64,000 bases of DNA from Parvibaculaceae bacterium. Its GTDB lineage: Bacteria; Pseudomonadota; Alphaproteobacteria; JAPOUT01. The notes below the pieces were generated by a model, which ran no database searches, was not told the DNA's origin, and saw nothing but the letters and a program-made list of their open reading frames with translations. A program made the position numbers and the translations under genes. The DNA is taken from NCBI GenBank assembly GCA_963457525.1, contig OY734805.1:2219150-2283149 (forward strand), in the 5' to 3' direction. This document shows positions 1 to 11,734 of this stretch, one piece after another. How positions within the stretch are numbered: position 1 is the stretch's first letter; every line of letters begins with the position of its first letter.

Positions 1-893
1 CCGCTCCAGTCGCGCTTCACGCCAAGCCTCAACAGCAGCGGGGCCGCTATGAACACGGACGAATACGTTCCGACAAACACCCCCCAGATCATCGCAAACA
101 CGAATCCGCGAATCACCTCGCCGCCGAAAATGTACAGCGATGCCAGCGCCAGAAGAGTCGTCACCGAAGTTATCAACGTGCGTGAAAGCGTCTGGTTTAC
201 CGACAGGTCCAGCAATTCTTCCAGCGGCATCTTCTTATACTTGCGCAAATTCTCCCGAACCCGGTCATAAATGACAACGGTGTCATTCAGCGAGTAACCC
301 ACAATCGTCAATATCGCCGCGATTATCGACAGATTGAATTCCAGGCGCAAAAACGAAAACACCCCGATCGTCACGACAACGTCATGCACCAACGCCAATA
401 TCGCCCCGATGCTGAACTGCCATTCAAACCGAAACCATATATACACCAGCACCAACACCATCGCGCCGAGGATGGCGAGCGTGCCGGATTGAATTAACTC
501 CCCGCTGACTTTGGGGCCGACCACTTCAACGCGCCGATACTCCACTTCCTCGCCCAGCAGTTCCCGTATCTGCGTGACAACATCCAGATCCGCCGCACTG
601 TCCTCCGCGGTCTCGCCCTGGGCGGTCTGCTCCTCCACGCGGATGAGCACATTGTCCGGTTCGCCGAAACGCTGGATTTGCACATCGCCCAGGCCCAGCG
701 AGCCTATCTGCGAACGCAGCGCCCCTATGTCTGCCGGACCCTTCGTGCCGATGTCTATCATCACGCCGCCGCGGAAATCTATACCGTAATTCAGCCCCAT
801 CAGCGAAAACAGCAGAACCGATGCGACCAGCAGGGCGCCCGATGCCGCAAACGCCAAGCGGCGGTAGCGGAGAAATTTAAAACGTATGCTCAT
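1..893 (-). CDS. secF: Protein-export membrane protein SecF (partial; 3' end lies beyond the window start)
   Basis: Manual minus-strand translation from the ATG at 893 gives MSIRFKFLRYRRLAFAASGALL...GIDFRGG...VVGPKVSGEL...YSLNDTVVIYDRVRENL. The start overlaps the secD stop (ATGA at 890-893). It is absent from the ORF track because it is truncated. Confidence 0.9.
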   Translation of the reverse strand, partial: MSIRFKFLRYRRLAFAASGALLVASVLLFSLMGLNYGIDFRGGVMIDIGTKGPADIGALRSQIGSLGLGDVQIQRFGEPDNVLIRVEEQTAQGETAEDSAADLDVVTQIRELLGEEVEYRRVEVVGPKVSGELIQSGTLAILGAMVLVLVYIWFRFEWQFSIGAILALVHDVVVTIGVFSFLRLEFNLSIIAAILTIVGYSLNDTVVIYDRVRENLRKYKKMPLEELLDLSVNQTLSRTLITSVTTLLALASLYIFGGEVIRGFVFAMIWGVFVGTYSSVFIAAPLLLRLGVKRDWS

Positions 894-2608
894 GCGCCCT
901 CCTCAACTTGCGCGCCCAGGCGAATGCGGCGAATGCGCAGCGTCTTCGGGCGAACGCCCCGCAGCCACAACACCATCAGCATGCGGGTCAAAATGAACGC
1001 CGTGAAAACCGAAGTGATAATTCCTATCGCTAGGGTGACCGCAAAACCGCGAACCGGTCCGGAGCCGACTTGGAACAATACCAGCGCCGCTATCAGGGTA
1101 GTGATGTTGGCGTCCAGGATTGTTCCCAGGGCACGGCGGTAGCCCGCCTCAACGGCGTTCAGGGTCGATTTATCGGTGGAGAGTTCTTCGTCGATGCGCT
1201 CGAATATCAAGACATTCGCATCAACCGCCATGCCTATCGTCAGGACAATTCCGGCAATTCCGGGCAGAGTCAGGGTTGCCCCCAGCAGCGACAGCGCTCC
1301 CAGCAGCAAAATCAAATTCACCAATAAGGCGATATCCGCAAACAGCCCGAATCGCCCGTAGGCAAACAGCATAAACAGCAAAACCGCCGCCAAACCGATC
1401 ACGCAGGCAATCGCGCCCGCGCGAATGGAATCCGCCCCCAAACCCGGCCCGACAGTGCGCTCCTCGATAATTTCCAGCGGAGCGGGCAATGCTCCCGCGC
1501 GCAGCAATATCGAAAGGTCGTTCGCGCTCTCAACCGTGAAGTTTCCGCTTATCTGCCCCGCTCCCCCCAATATCGGTTCGCGGATGACCGGCGCGCTAAT
1601 CACCTCGCCGTCCAAAACAATCGCAAAAGGCTGTCCGACGTTTTCCTGCGTCACCTTTCCAAAGCGCCGCGCACCGGTGTTATCGAAACGGAAGCTCACC
1701 ACGGGTTGGTTGCTAATCTGCTCAAATGCCGGCTGTGCATCTACAAGGTTTTCTCCGCTAACCATGATGCGCTTTCGAACCAAATACGGAATCTTCGGCT
1801 CCGTGTCCGAATACAGCAATTCGGATCCGGTCGGAGGCCTCCCCTCTTCGGCGCGTTCGGGCGACATTGAAGAATCAACCAGATGAAAACTCAGTTTTGC
1901 CGTTTGGCCGAGCAGTTCCTTCAGCCGTTCGGGATTGTCCAAGCCCGGCGCCTGGACAAGAATGCGTCGTTCGCCTTGGCGTTGAATGGTCGGCTCCCTC
2001 GTGCCGAGTTCGTCAATGCGGCGGCGGATAATCTCTATCGATTGCGATACCGCCGATATCGTTCGTTGCAAACGCGCTTGCTCGCTCAAGCGGGCTTCAA
2101 GGACGTTCCCGTCGGCGCTGATTTCCAGTTCCTGCACCGGCACCGGTGTGAACACGCTTGTTGCTATCGGCTCGGACAGACCCTCCAGCACATCCAGGGC
2201 GGCGGCGATTCTGGCTGGCCCGTCGATCTCTTCGGTTTCTTCAGCCGCTTCGCCCTCTTCCCCTTCTCCCTCCTCCTCTTCCTTTTCTTCCTTCACGATA
2301 ATCTCCACACGCAGTGCGTCTTCTCGAACCCCGAGGTTGCGATAGCCGATGCGTTCGCCTCGCAAGCCCGAGCGTGCGTCATCCACAAGAGTCTCGAGAC
2401 GCTCGCGCACGGCCGTATCAACATCGACCTCCAAGAGCAAATGCGAACCGCCTTGAAGGTCGAGTCCCAATACGACTTTATCGCGCGGAAGCCAGTCGGG
2501 TAGCGTATCTAAAACTTTTTGCGGAAAAACGTTCGGCAGCGCAAACAGCAGGCCTGCAGCGCACACCGCTAAAACGAAAGTAATCTTCCATTTCGTGAAA
2601 TATAACAT
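890..2608 (-). CDS. secD: Protein translocase subunit SecD
   Basis: 572-aa ORF with LGLDLQGGSHLLLEVD, a periplasmic P1 domain and a C-terminal 6-TM block; followed by secF. It contains an unusual acidic insert, KEEKEEEEGEGEEGEAAEETEEIDG (nt 2219-2293). Confidence 0.95.
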   Translation of the reverse strand: MLYFTKWKITFVLAVCAAGLLFALPNVFPQKVLDTLPDWLPRDKVVLGLDLQGGSHLLLEVDVDTAVRERLETLVDDARSGLRGERIGYRNLGVREDALRVEIIVKEEKEEEEGEGEEGEAAEETEEIDGPARIAAALDVLEGLSEPIATSVFTPVPVQELEISADGNVLEARLSEQARLQRTISAVSQSIEIIRRRIDELGTREPTIQRQGERRILVQAPGLDNPERLKELLGQTAKLSFHLVDSSMSPERAEEGRPPTGSELLYSDTEPKIPYLVRKRIMVSGENLVDAQPAFEQISNQPVVSFRFDNTGARRFGKVTQENVGQPFAIVLDGEVISAPVIREPILGGAGQISGNFTVESANDLSILLRAGALPAPLEIIEERTVGPGLGADSIRAGAIACVIGLAAVLLFMLFAYGRFGLFADIALLVNLILLLGALSLLGATLTLPGIAGIVLTIGMAVDANVLIFERIDEELSTDKSTLNAVEAGYRRALGTILDANITTLIAALVLFQVGSGPVRGFAVTLAIGIITSVFTAFILTRMLMVLWLRGVRPKTLRIRRIRLGAQVEEGA

Positions 2609-2623
2609 TTAGAGTTGTGTGCG

Positions 2624-2998
2624 TTAGTTTTTGTCTTTTGGTGTTGCTTCTTCGGAAACGGGCTCGGTCTTCGAGCGCACATCGCTTAACGTGTTTTTCA
2701 ACACGCGCACGCGCACGCCTTCGGCCAACTCCACAATACACTCGTAACCGTCCACAACCCGATAGACCTTGCCTATCAATCCGCCGCCGGTCACAACGAC
2801 ATCGCCGCGGCGAACCGCTTCAACCATCGCGCGGTGCTCGCGTAATTTCTTCTGTTGGGGGCGCAATATCAAAAAGTAGATAATCGCGAACACCGCAACG
2901 AAGGGAAGTATTCCTATCAGGAAATCTCCCGCACCGCCCGGCGCGCCCGTCTGCGCATGCGCCGTGGATATAAACATTTCGAGCAAACTCGTCTCCAT
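2624..2998 (-). CDS. yajC: Preprotein translocase subunit YajC
   Basis: 124 aa with a single TM followed by ILRPQQKKLREHRAMVEAVRRGDVVVTGGGLIGKV; located immediately upstream of secD. Confidence 0.9.
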   Translation of the reverse strand: METSLLEMFISTAHAQTGAPGGAGDFLIGILPFVAVFAIIYFLILRPQQKKLREHRAMVEAVRRGDVVVTGGGLIGKVYRVVDGYECIVELAEGVRVRVLKNTLSDVRSKTEPVSEEATPKDKN

Positions 2999-3098
2999 CG
3001 TCCTAACTCCGTCTCATAAAATCACGCGATACCCCATCTTGACCTCGCGCTAAATAATAGTAAGGTCAAATACAACTTCTTGCAACAGGATTCGCCTA

Positions 3099-3932
3099 AT
3101 GACCCGTAATTCAGAACGTATTGCCAACGCCCTTGAACGCCTCGCGCCGGGTCCAAATGTGCGCCCTCCCGCCCCCGAAGCCAGCGCTTTCGTGTGGCAT
3201 TCCCAGCCGGCAGGGTTCCAGGCCGTGCATCGGGTCGCAAGCATTGAGCCGAAATTGCTGCGGGCCATTGAGCCCGCGAAAAAGACCCTGTTACAGAACA
3301 CCGAGCGCTTTCTCAAGGGGCTCCCCGCCAACAACGCCCTGCTCTGGGGTGCAAGGGGGATGGGGAAGAGTTCGCTGGTTAAAGCCGTGCATGTAGATCT
3401 TGCCGCACAACATCCCGGAAAACTCGCCCTCGTCGAAATCCACCGCGAGGACATCCAGGACCTTCCCAAACTGCTCGATGCCCTGCGCCCGCTTGAGAGA
3501 CGCTTCATCGTCTTTTGTGACGACCTTTCTTTCGAACAAGAAGACCTCTCCTACAAATCGCTTAAAGCCGCTCTCGAAGGGGGCATTGAAGGACGCCCGG
3601 ACAACTGCCTTTTTTACGCCACATCCAACCGGCGGCATCTCCTCCGCAGAACCATCGATGAGAACGATAGCACGATCCATTCCACCGAAACCGTGGAAGA
3701 AAAAGTGTCTCTCTCGGACCGTTTCGGTCTGTGGATAGGTTTTCACCACTGCTCGCAGGACGAATATCTCGAAATGGTCACCGCTTATGCAAGTCATTAC
3801 GGGCTGAATATTTCCTCAGATAAACTTCAACAAGAAGCCCTCGAATGGAGCATGGAACGGGGCGCCCGGTCAGGGCGGGTCGCCTGGCAATTCATCCAGG
3901 ACCTCGCAGGTCGGTTAGGACAACGCCTCTGA
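3099..3932 (+). CDS. DUF815-type AAA ATPase (ATP-binding protein)
   Basis: 277 aa with P-loop LLWGARGMGKSSLVKA and Walker B FIVFCDDLSF. The overall pattern is typical of the DUF815 family. Confidence 0.8.
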   Translation: MTRNSERIANALERLAPGPNVRPPAPEASAFVWHSQPAGFQAVHRVASIEPKLLRAIEPAKKTLLQNTERFLKGLPANNALLWGARGMGKSSLVKAVHVDLAAQHPGKLALVEIHREDIQDLPKLLDALRPLERRFIVFCDDLSFEQEDLSYKSLKAALEGGIEGRPDNCLFYATSNRRHLLRRTIDENDSTIHSTETVEEKVSLSDRFGLWIGFHHCSQDEYLEMVTAYASHYGLNISSDKLQQEALEWSMERGARSGRVAWQFIQDLAGRLGQRL

Positions 3933-3934
3933 CA

Positions 3935-4501
3935 TCATCCCATATACTGCATCGGGTCAACCGCGTCGGAGCCCCGGCGCAACTCAAAATGCAGTTGAGG
4001 TTCCACAACGTTCCCGCTTGAGCCCGAACGCGCTACCACATCCCCCTGATCAACCGTATCCCCTCGCCGAACCAAAATCTCCCTGTTGTGCGCATACGCG
4101 CTAACCCAGTCATCCGCATGGGCTATCAACAGCAGGTTGCCATAACCCTTTAGTTCGTTGCCGACATACACGACGCGCCCGGAAGCGATTGCGCGAACCG
4201 GGCTGCCGGGCGGCAGTGCGATGTTGACGCCGTCATTGTGCAATCCTCCTTCTTGAGCGCCGAAGGTGGCAAGCAAGTAGCCGCTAGCCGGCCAAATGAA
4301 ACGCCCGTCGCCGCCGCTCTCCTCAAAACCGACGGAAATATTCAGCACGTCTCGGCGCGGCCGCATGGGAAGAAGCGGAGCGTCGGCGAGTCCATACGAT
4401 TCGCGCACCTCTTCGAAATTCGCAAACCAGGGATTCTCTCGCACCCCGCAGGCCGATAAGAACAACAAGCAGATTACAAAAAATGCACGCAGCAACGTCA
4501 T
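3935..4501 (-). CDS. M23-family metallopeptidase lipoprotein (NlpD-like)
   Basis: 188 aa with lipobox LFLSAC and a C-terminal M23-like block (GNLLLIAHADDWVSAYAHN...PQLHFELRRG). The start overlaps the surE stop. Confidence 0.75.
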   Translation of the reverse strand: MTLLRAFFVICLLFLSACGVRENPWFANFEEVRESYGLADAPLLPMRPRRDVLNISVGFEESGGDGRFIWPASGYLLATFGAQEGGLHNDGVNIALPPGSPVRAIASGRVVYVGNELKGYGNLLLIAHADDWVSAYAHNREILVRRGDTVDQGDVVARSGSSGNVVEPQLHFELRRGSDAVDPMQYMG

Positions 4502-5271
4502 CGTTTTAACTCGCCAAGATGTTTCGAGAGATGCGTGAAAGTCTCCTCATGTGTGAGATTCAAATGCAAGGGCGTGACAGTGATGCAGCCGGCCTGGATG
4601 AAGGCAAGGTCGCTCTCCGGAACGGGACTGTCGGTCGCATCGTCAAAACCAATCCAGTAATAAGGAACACCCCGGGGGTCGACGCGCTTGGCGATGCGCG
4701 TGAGTGACTGGTCCCGCTTGCCCTGTCTTGCCAGCCTCACTCCTGCGACATCTTCGGCGGGAACATCAGGGAAATTCACGTTAATCAACACATCGCTCGG
4801 CCATCCTTGTTTCAGCAAAAACGAAATCACCTCCGCGCCATGCGCCTTCGCCGTTCCCCAGCGCGTTACCGCTCCGTTGTCGTTCGACCGAATCTGACTC
4901 AAGGCTATCGAGGGTATTGATAAAATCGTCCCCTCCATAGCGCCTGCAACCGTCCCGGAATATGTAATGTCATCGGCGATATTGCCGCCCCGGTTGACTC
5001 CGGACAGCAACAGGTCCGGCGGCTTTCCGTCAACGAGATGCTGCGCCGCCAATAGCACGCAATCCGTCGGCGTTCCCCTGACCGCAAAACGACGCTCGCT
5101 AATCTGCCGCATCCGCAAGGGATCGGATATCGTCAGGGAGTGCGATGCACCGCTCTGCTCGTCATCCGGCGCGACCACCCAGACATCCGAACTCAATTGT
5201 GCGGCTATCTCCTCAAGAACCTCGAGGCCCGGCGCATGAATGCCGTCGTCATTTGTCAAAAGTATTCTCAA
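4498..5271 (-). CDS. surE: 5'/3'-nucleotidase SurE
   Basis: Begins MRILLTNDDGIHAPGL, the canonical SurE N-terminus; 257 aa. Confidence 0.95.
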   Translation of the reverse strand: MRILLTNDDGIHAPGLEVLEEIAAQLSSDVWVVAPDDEQSGASHSLTISDPLRMRQISERRFAVRGTPTDCVLLAAQHLVDGKPPDLLLSGVNRGGNIADDITYSGTVAGAMEGTILSIPSIALSQIRSNDNGAVTRWGTAKAHGAEVISFLLKQGWPSDVLINVNFPDVPAEDVAGVRLARQGKRDQSLTRIAKRVDPRGVPYYWIGFDDATDSPVPESDLAFIQAGCITVTPLHLNLTHEETFTHLSKHLGELKR

Positions 5272-6554
5272 GAGTCCGTCCTTTCAATTCGTTCCATGCC
5301 GCCCATATAGGGGCGCAAAGCCTTCGGAATAATCACACTCCCGTCGGCGCATTGATTCTGTTCCAACAATGCCAGCAGTGCACGCCCCAGCGCAACACCC
5401 GAGCCGTTCAGCGTATGCACGAATGCAACCTTTTCATCATCTTTGCGGCGATAACGCGCCTTCATCCGGCGGGCCTGAAAATCTCCGCATGAAGAACAGC
5501 TTGAAATCTCGCGGTAATTGCCCTCGCCCGGAAGCCAGACTTCAATGTCGTAGGTTTTTTCGGCCGCGAAGCCCATATCCCCCGAACACAACAATACGAC
5601 CCGATAGTGAATCTCGAGGCGCTTGAGAACCTCTTCGGCGCAACCGAGCATGCGTTCCAACTCATCCGCCGAATCTTCCGGGCGCACAATGCTCACCAAC
5701 TCGACTTTCGAGAACTGGTGTTGTCGTATCATGCCGCGGGTGTCCCGTCCTGCCGCGCCCGCCTCCTTCCGAAAGCAGGGCGTTGCCGCGGTAAATCGCA
5801 TAGGTAACTCCTTCTCGGCGAAGATATGCTCGCGTGCGAGGTTGGTTAAGGAAACTTCGGCGGTGGGAATCAGCCACAAACCCGCTTGTGTGGAAAACTG
5901 ATCGTCCTCAAACTTCGGTAATTGCGTTGTGCCATACATGCAATCCTCGCGCACCAAAAGGGGCGGAACGATCTCCTGGTAGCCGAATTCCTGCGTGTGG
6001 ATATCCAGCATGAAAGACGCAAGTGCGCGTTCCAATCTTGCCAACGCGCCGCGCAATACCACAAAACGCGCTCCCGAAAGTTTCGTCGCGGTGGAAAAAT
6101 CCATCATCCCCAAACCTTCACCGATGTCGGTGTGGTCAAGCGGCTTGAAGTCGAATGCGGGCTTGTCCCCGACGCAGCGTTGTTCGACATTATCGCTTTC
6201 GTCTTTTCCATCGGGAACATCCGCTAAGGGAATGTTGGGTATGGAAGAAAGGAATTCTTGCATCTTCTTTACCGCCGAACGTTCGCCCTCTTCTAAATTA
6301 GGCAGTGTTTGCTTAATTTCCTTTACTTTATTTGTAAGCTCTTCCACTTTTTTTTGGTTGTTTTGCGCCTTGGCGTCAGCTACTTGGTCGGAAAGTTCTC
6401 TGCGCAGTTGCCGTTCCCCCTCTAGCAACTGAATAAAACTAAGACGCTCTCCCTCAAGACTAAACAATTTTTTTATATCCACGTCTAAACCTCGACGCGC
6501 CAGCGCTTTTTTAAAAGCGTCTTCGTTTTCGCGAATCCATTTAATATCCAGCAT
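5268..6554 (-). CDS. serS: Seryl-tRNA synthetase
   Basis: 428 aa. MLDIKWIRENEDAFKKALARRG starts a coiled-coil arm, followed by class II aaRS motifs (FRKEAGAAGRDTRGMIRQHQFSKVE, GSGVALGRALLALLE). Confidence 0.95.
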   Translation of the reverse strand: MLDIKWIRENEDAFKKALARRGLDVDIKKLFSLEGERLSFIQLLEGERQLRRELSDQVADAKAQNNQKKVEELTNKVKEIKQTLPNLEEGERSAVKKMQEFLSSIPNIPLADVPDGKDESDNVEQRCVGDKPAFDFKPLDHTDIGEGLGMMDFSTATKLSGARFVVLRGALARLERALASFMLDIHTQEFGYQEIVPPLLVREDCMYGTTQLPKFEDDQFSTQAGLWLIPTAEVSLTNLAREHIFAEKELPMRFTAATPCFRKEAGAAGRDTRGMIRQHQFSKVELVSIVRPEDSADELERMLGCAEEVLKRLEIHYRVVLLCSGDMGFAAEKTYDIEVWLPGEGNYREISSCSSCGDFQARRMKARYRRKDDEKVAFVHTLNGSGVALGRALLALLEQNQCADGSVIIPKALRPYMGGMERIERTDS

Positions 6555-6557
6555 GGA

Positions 6558-7352
6558 CTAAACCTCGTCTTCTTCGGGAAAGTGACGGCGCTCAATCATC
6601 GCAACGCACACTATCGACAACTCGTACAATAGCAAGGTCGGCAAGCCCAATCCCAATTGTGAAATAAAATCCGGCGGCGTCAGCAATGCTGCAACCGCAA
6701 ACACCCCGACAATGGCGTATTTACGCTTCGAGCGCAAACTGTCCGCCCCGAGCAACCCCACGCGCGCCAGCAAACACAACAGCACCGGCAATTGAAAGCA
6801 TATGCCGAACGCGAATATCAGCGTCATCACCAACCCGAGATATTCGCTCACCCGGGGCAGCAATTCTATTGCAACCTCGCCGCCAATCCCCGGCTGCTCC
6901 ATCCCGATGAAAAACCGCAATGCCAGCGGCATCACAATGTAATAAACCAGCAGCGCCCCCAGCAGGAACAGCACGGGCGTTGCTATCAGGAACGGCAGAA
7001 ACGCCCGGCGCTCGTTGCGATACAATCCCGGCGCGACAAACATGTACAATTGCGCCGCTATCACGGGGAAACCGATGAACAAGCCGCCGAACAAGGCAAC
7101 CTTCAACTGCGTAAAGAAAAACTCCTGCGGGGCCGTGTAAATCAGGCGCAGGTCCGAATCGTCCCCGGAAGCGCGAACATAGGGATACAGCAGTAAATCG
7201 TAAATCTCGGCGGCAAAATAAAAACACCCCGCAAAGCAGAGCAGCAAGGTAATCAATGAATAGATCAACCGCTGCCGCAACTCTATGAGATGCTCTAGCA
7301 AGCTCGCCTTGCTCGATTCGACCTCATCCTCCCCGGGCGCACCTTCCTCCAT
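6558..7352 (-). CDS. tatC: Twin-arginine translocase subunit TatC
   Basis: 264 aa with LLEHLIELRQRLIYS and six predicted TM segments; sits in a tatA-tatB-tatC arrangement. Confidence 0.95.
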   Translation of the reverse strand: MEEGAPGEDEVESSKASLLEHLIELRQRLIYSLITLLLCFAGCFYFAAEIYDLLLYPYVRASGDDSDLRLIYTAPQEFFFTQLKVALFGGLFIGFPVIAAQLYMFVAPGLYRNERRAFLPFLIATPVLFLLGALLVYYIVMPLALRFFIGMEQPGIGGEVAIELLPRVSEYLGLVMTLIFAFGICFQLPVLLCLLARVGLLGADSLRSKRKYAIVGVFAVAALLTPPDFISQLGLGLPTLLLYELSIVCVAMIERRHFPEEDEV

Positions 7353-7358
7353 GACGCT

Positions 7359-7718
7359 TTACTCGGTCGCTTCTTTGGGGGGCGGCGGTGTCTCCTCGTT
7401 CGAGGCGGGCGGCGGTTTTTTCGCTTCGGCGAAGGGAGACGCCTTTTTTTCCGATTTGGGCAGCGGCGGAGCTATCGCGTTGGTGCGTTGTTGCACCGGA
7501 TCCTCTCGACGGATGCGTTCCATTTCACGGTTAATCTCTTCGAGTTCGGTTTCGCGTCCGAGTTCCTCAAAACTCGCGCGAAACTCCCGGGCCAGTCCCC
7601 TCGCCTTGCTCGTGTAACGTCCGACCGTGCGCATCAGCCGCGGCAGGTCCTTCGGTCCGACCACGATGATCGCGACTATCGCAACAAGCAGCAACTCGCT
7701 CCAGCCTATGTCCAGCAT
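7359..7718 (-). CDS. tatB: Twin-arginine translocase subunit TatB
   Basis: Begins MLDIGWSELLLVAIVAIIVVGPKDLPRLMRTVGR, the TatA/B family signature; 119 aa. Confidence 0.9.
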   Translation of the reverse strand: MLDIGWSELLLVAIVAIIVVGPKDLPRLMRTVGRYTSKARGLAREFRASFEELGRETELEEINREMERIRREDPVQQRTNAIAPPLPKSEKKASPFAEAKKPPPASNEETPPPPKEATE

Positions 7719-7764
7719 CGCGCGTCAACCTCTATTGTCCGAATGCGCCCGTGCGGCGCAAAAA

Positions 7765-8043
7765 TCACGAGCCCCGGTGGGAGGCGTCACTCTTCTCCGT
7801 CTCGGTGGAATCGGCGGTGACATTATCCTGCGTGCTCGTTTCATGCTCGATCACCCTGGGTGATACGCTCGAATCCTTCGCGGCATCCTCCGACTCCATC
7901 TTTTCCGCCTCCGAGAGACCCGTTCGAAAACTCTTGATGCCTTTGGCAACGTCCCCCATCAGGCTCGAAATCTTCCCCCTGCCGCCGAACAGCACCAACA
8001 CCAACACAACCACCAATAATATTTGAAGCCAACCTGGTCCCAT
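7765..8043 (-). CDS. tatA: Twin-arginine translocase subunit TatA
   Basis: An internal ATG at 8043 in the 201-aa ORF gives [40 protein letters not shown] (92 aa). The upstream extension of that ORF overlaps the ABC ATPase gene and is rejected. Confidence 0.85.
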   Translation of the reverse strand: MGPGWLQILLVVVLVLVLFGGRGKISSLMGDVAKGIKSFRTGLSEAEKMESEDAAKDSSVSPRVIEHETSTQDNVTADSTETEKSDASHRGS

Positions 8044-8119
8044 TAGAGCAACCTCGATTTTGTATTTTTGAACATATAGGCAGTTTAGCCCTTTTCGCCG
8101 GAAAGGTAAAGTGCGCCGC

Positions 8120-9177
<1,058 letters not shown>

Positions 9178-9181
<4 letters not shown>

Positions 9182-9894
9182 CCTTGCGCGTCCGATTCTT
9201 CCCCGGCGGTTTCGACGGCCTGCAACTCTTTCTCATAGGGTTCAGGTTCAGGCTCGGGTTCCGATTCGGATTCAGGCTCATCCTCGTCAAAAGAGAAATC
9301 CGAATTTTTCACTGTTTCAGAAGGGATTACCTCCCCTTCTTCAATCTCTTTCTCAAAGTCCAGCGGCACTACCGAATCCAGCAATCCCGCCGCTTTCAAC
9401 TCCTCCGCGCCCGGCAGATCGCCCAAATCGGCAAAGCCGAAGTGCGTCAAAAACGCCTCGCTCGTGATGTAGGTAAGGGGGCGTCCGGGAATCTGGCGCC
9501 GGCGCCCCATCTTCACCCAGCCCGTTTCCAGCAGCACATCGATCGTGCCCTTTGAGACCATTACGCCGCGAACCTCTTCTATCTCGGCGCGGGAAACCGG
9601 CTGGTGATAGGCGATGATTGCAAGGGTCTCGAGCGCCGCGCGCGACAATTTCCTTCGAACGACGACTTCCTTGCGCAGCAAAAATCCCAAATCCTCGGCC
9701 GTTCGAAACATCCATTTCCCCCCGACTTCCACCAGCACGGCGCCGCGGCCGGCATACTCCTCCTTCAGGCTCGATAGAATCGCCTTGACGTCGGTGCCTT
9801 CCGGCAGCCGCTCGGCCAGGGCGCTCACCCCTATCGGCGTCTCGCTGGCAAACAGCAACGCCTCGACTATCCGGCGCTCGTGCATGTCACTCAT
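9178..9894 (-). CDS. scpB: Segregation and condensation protein B
   Basis: Contains IVEALLFASETP...LSRAALETLAIIAYHQPVSRAEIEEVRGV...GRPLTYITSEAFLTHFG. The acidic C-terminal tail includes EPESESEPEPEPEP. Confidence 0.9.
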
Positions 9895-10700
9895 TGCGGC
9901 ACCGTTCCCGGTGATTCGCGGCGGCGCAGATGTATCTCGCCGAAACTGCTACGTTGCTGAAGTTCCAACTCCCCTTCCCGCGCCAATATCAAGGCCGCGC
10001 CAAACGTGCTTGCCACCCGGGAGCGCCCGGGCACTCTCGGTCCGAACGGGCACATTCCCAGCAGCGCGCGAAATTCCATCCATTCGCGCACGCCTTCCCG
10101 CGCTTTCGCCAAAGCCGTCTGCAACATTTCTCTCGCCTCCTCCAGCGTAATTACTTCCAAGGGCGCACGGGACCACGGACGGGCGTCCTTGCGCGCACGA
10201 TATTCTCCATAAGAGCGGAGGAAATCATACAACGAAACGACATATTCCGCCGCCTCGTCCGTTACGACCGCCTCGGGATTGCCCCGTGCAAACACGTCCC
10301 TCCCCAGCAAAGGCCGCTTCATCAACTTTTCGGCGCTCTCCCGCATCGCTTCCAAACGGCGCAACCGGAATTTCAACGCCAACGCCAACTCCTCGGGCGA
10401 TTCTCCCTCCTCCTCGGGTTGCGCGCTCGCCAGCAACAACCGGGACTTCAAATACACGAGCCACGCGGCCATCACCAAATAATCCGCCGCCAACTCTATC
10501 TCCAGTTCTGCGGACTTTTCCACGAACGAGAGATATTGCTCGCACAGCGCCAGTACCGAGATGTTCGACAAATCAACCTTTTGCGCGTGGGCCAGCTGCA
10601 AAAGGACATCAAGGGGGCCGGCATAGCCGTCAATGTCTATGACCAGCCCCTCGCCGACCGGGACGGTATCAAACTGTTCGGGCTCTTCGTGAATCTCCAT
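9891..10700 (-). CDS. scpA: Segregation and condensation protein A
   Basis: An internal ATG at 10700 gives MEIHEEPEQFDTVPVGEGLVIDIDGYAGPLDVLLQLAHAQKVDL (269 aa). The longer 332-aa form would overlap nagZ. The stop overlaps the scpB start. Confidence 0.85.
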   Translation of the reverse strand: MEIHEEPEQFDTVPVGEGLVIDIDGYAGPLDVLLQLAHAQKVDLSNISVLALCEQYLSFVEKSAELEIELAADYLVMAAWLVYLKSRLLLASAQPEEEGESPEELALALKFRLRRLEAMRESAEKLMKRPLLGRDVFARGNPEAVVTDEAAEYVVSLYDFLRSYGEYRARKDARPWSRAPLEVITLEEAREMLQTALAKAREGVREWMEFRALLGMCPFGPRVPGRSRVASTFGAALILAREGELELQQRSSFGEIHLRRRESPGTVPQ

Positions 10701-10726
10701 GCTGCAATGATAATAGAGTGGGAATA

Positions 10727-11734
10727 TCAAGCAAGCATGTCGTTTAGCCGGGCACGCGCATCCGGGGGAATCTCCGCCGTTTTCCCATGCCGGAGCGACA
10801 GGATTTTTTCCGAACGGCGGGCCGAGTCGCCTGCAAGCATCGGCGCCGCTCCCGCCAGCGCTTCCATTTCCGGCATCTTCCCGTTGCAATGGAGCGCAAT
10901 GTCACAGCCCGCTTCCAGCGCGCGCCGGGCGCGCTCATCCATCGCGCCGCTGAGGGCGTTCATGGAGAGATCGTCGCTTATCAGGAGTCCGTCAAAGCCG
11001 AAGCCTGCGCGAATCGTTTCGCCAATCACGCGCGCGGAGAAGGTTGCGGGAGCATCCGGATCCAGCGCCGTGTACAAGATATGCGCCGTCATCATCATCG
11101 GCGCATGCGACAACGCCTTGAACGGAACAAAGTCGCATCGCTCCAAATCCGACAGATCCGAATCCACCACGGGCAGCGAGGCATGGCTGTCCGCACGGGC
11201 GCGTCCATGTCCCGGAACATGCTTGGCAACCGGCAGCATGCCGACATCCAGCAACGTCTCTATCGCAACACGCCCGAGATTCGCAACCAGTTCGGCGTCA
11301 CCGCCGTAGGCGCGGTCGCCGATGACGTCGTGGGCACCCGCAACGGGAACATCCAGCACCGGAAGACACATCACATCCACGCCCAAAGCGGCAACGTCAC
11401 GCGACATCAAACGCAGGCACAAGTCCAGCGCCCCGGCGCCTTTGCCAAAGTCGCGTTTTGCCAAATTGCCGAAAGTCTCCGCCGGCGGATATTCGTTCCA
11501 GTGGGGAGGACGCAAACGTGCAACCCTTCCCCCTTCCTGGTCAATCAAAACAGGCGCGTCCCGACCGACCGCTTCACGCAAGGCCTCCACCAAACGAAGC
11601 GTTTGATCGGGTGTGGAAATATTTCGTTGGAAAAGAATGAAACCCCACGGCGAACTCTCTCGAAAAAACCGCCGCTCGGAATCCGTTAGCGTATCACCTT
11701 CGCAACCGCAGATGAACGCACGCGAAGAACTCAA
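10727..11734 (-). CDS. nagZ: Beta-N-acetylhexosaminidase (GH3, NagZ)
   Basis: 335 aa with [21 protein letters not shown] and ISDDLSM, which are GH3 NagZ motifs. Confidence 0.85.
   Translation of the reverse strand: MSSSRAFICGCEGDTLTDSERRFFRESSPWGFILFQRNISTPDQTLRLVEALREAVGRDAPVLIDQEGGRVARLRPPHWNEYPPAETFGNLAKRDFGKGAGALDLCLRLMSRDVAALGVDVMCLPVLDVPVAGAHDVIGDRAYGGDAELVANLGRVAIETLLDVGMLPVAKHVPGHGRARADSHASLPVVDSDLSDLERCDFVPFKALSHAPMMMTAHILYTALDPDAPATFSARVIGETIRAGFGFDGLLISDDLSMNALSGAMDERARRALEAGCDIALHCNGKMPEMEALAGAAPMLAGDSARRSEKILSLRHGKTAEIPPDARARLNDMLA

Noticed and set aside
9930-11309. A 459-aa ORF on the plus strand
   Set aside because: It is antisense to scpA and nagZ, both of which have clear family motifs. 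The product is R/Q/A-rich with no domains.
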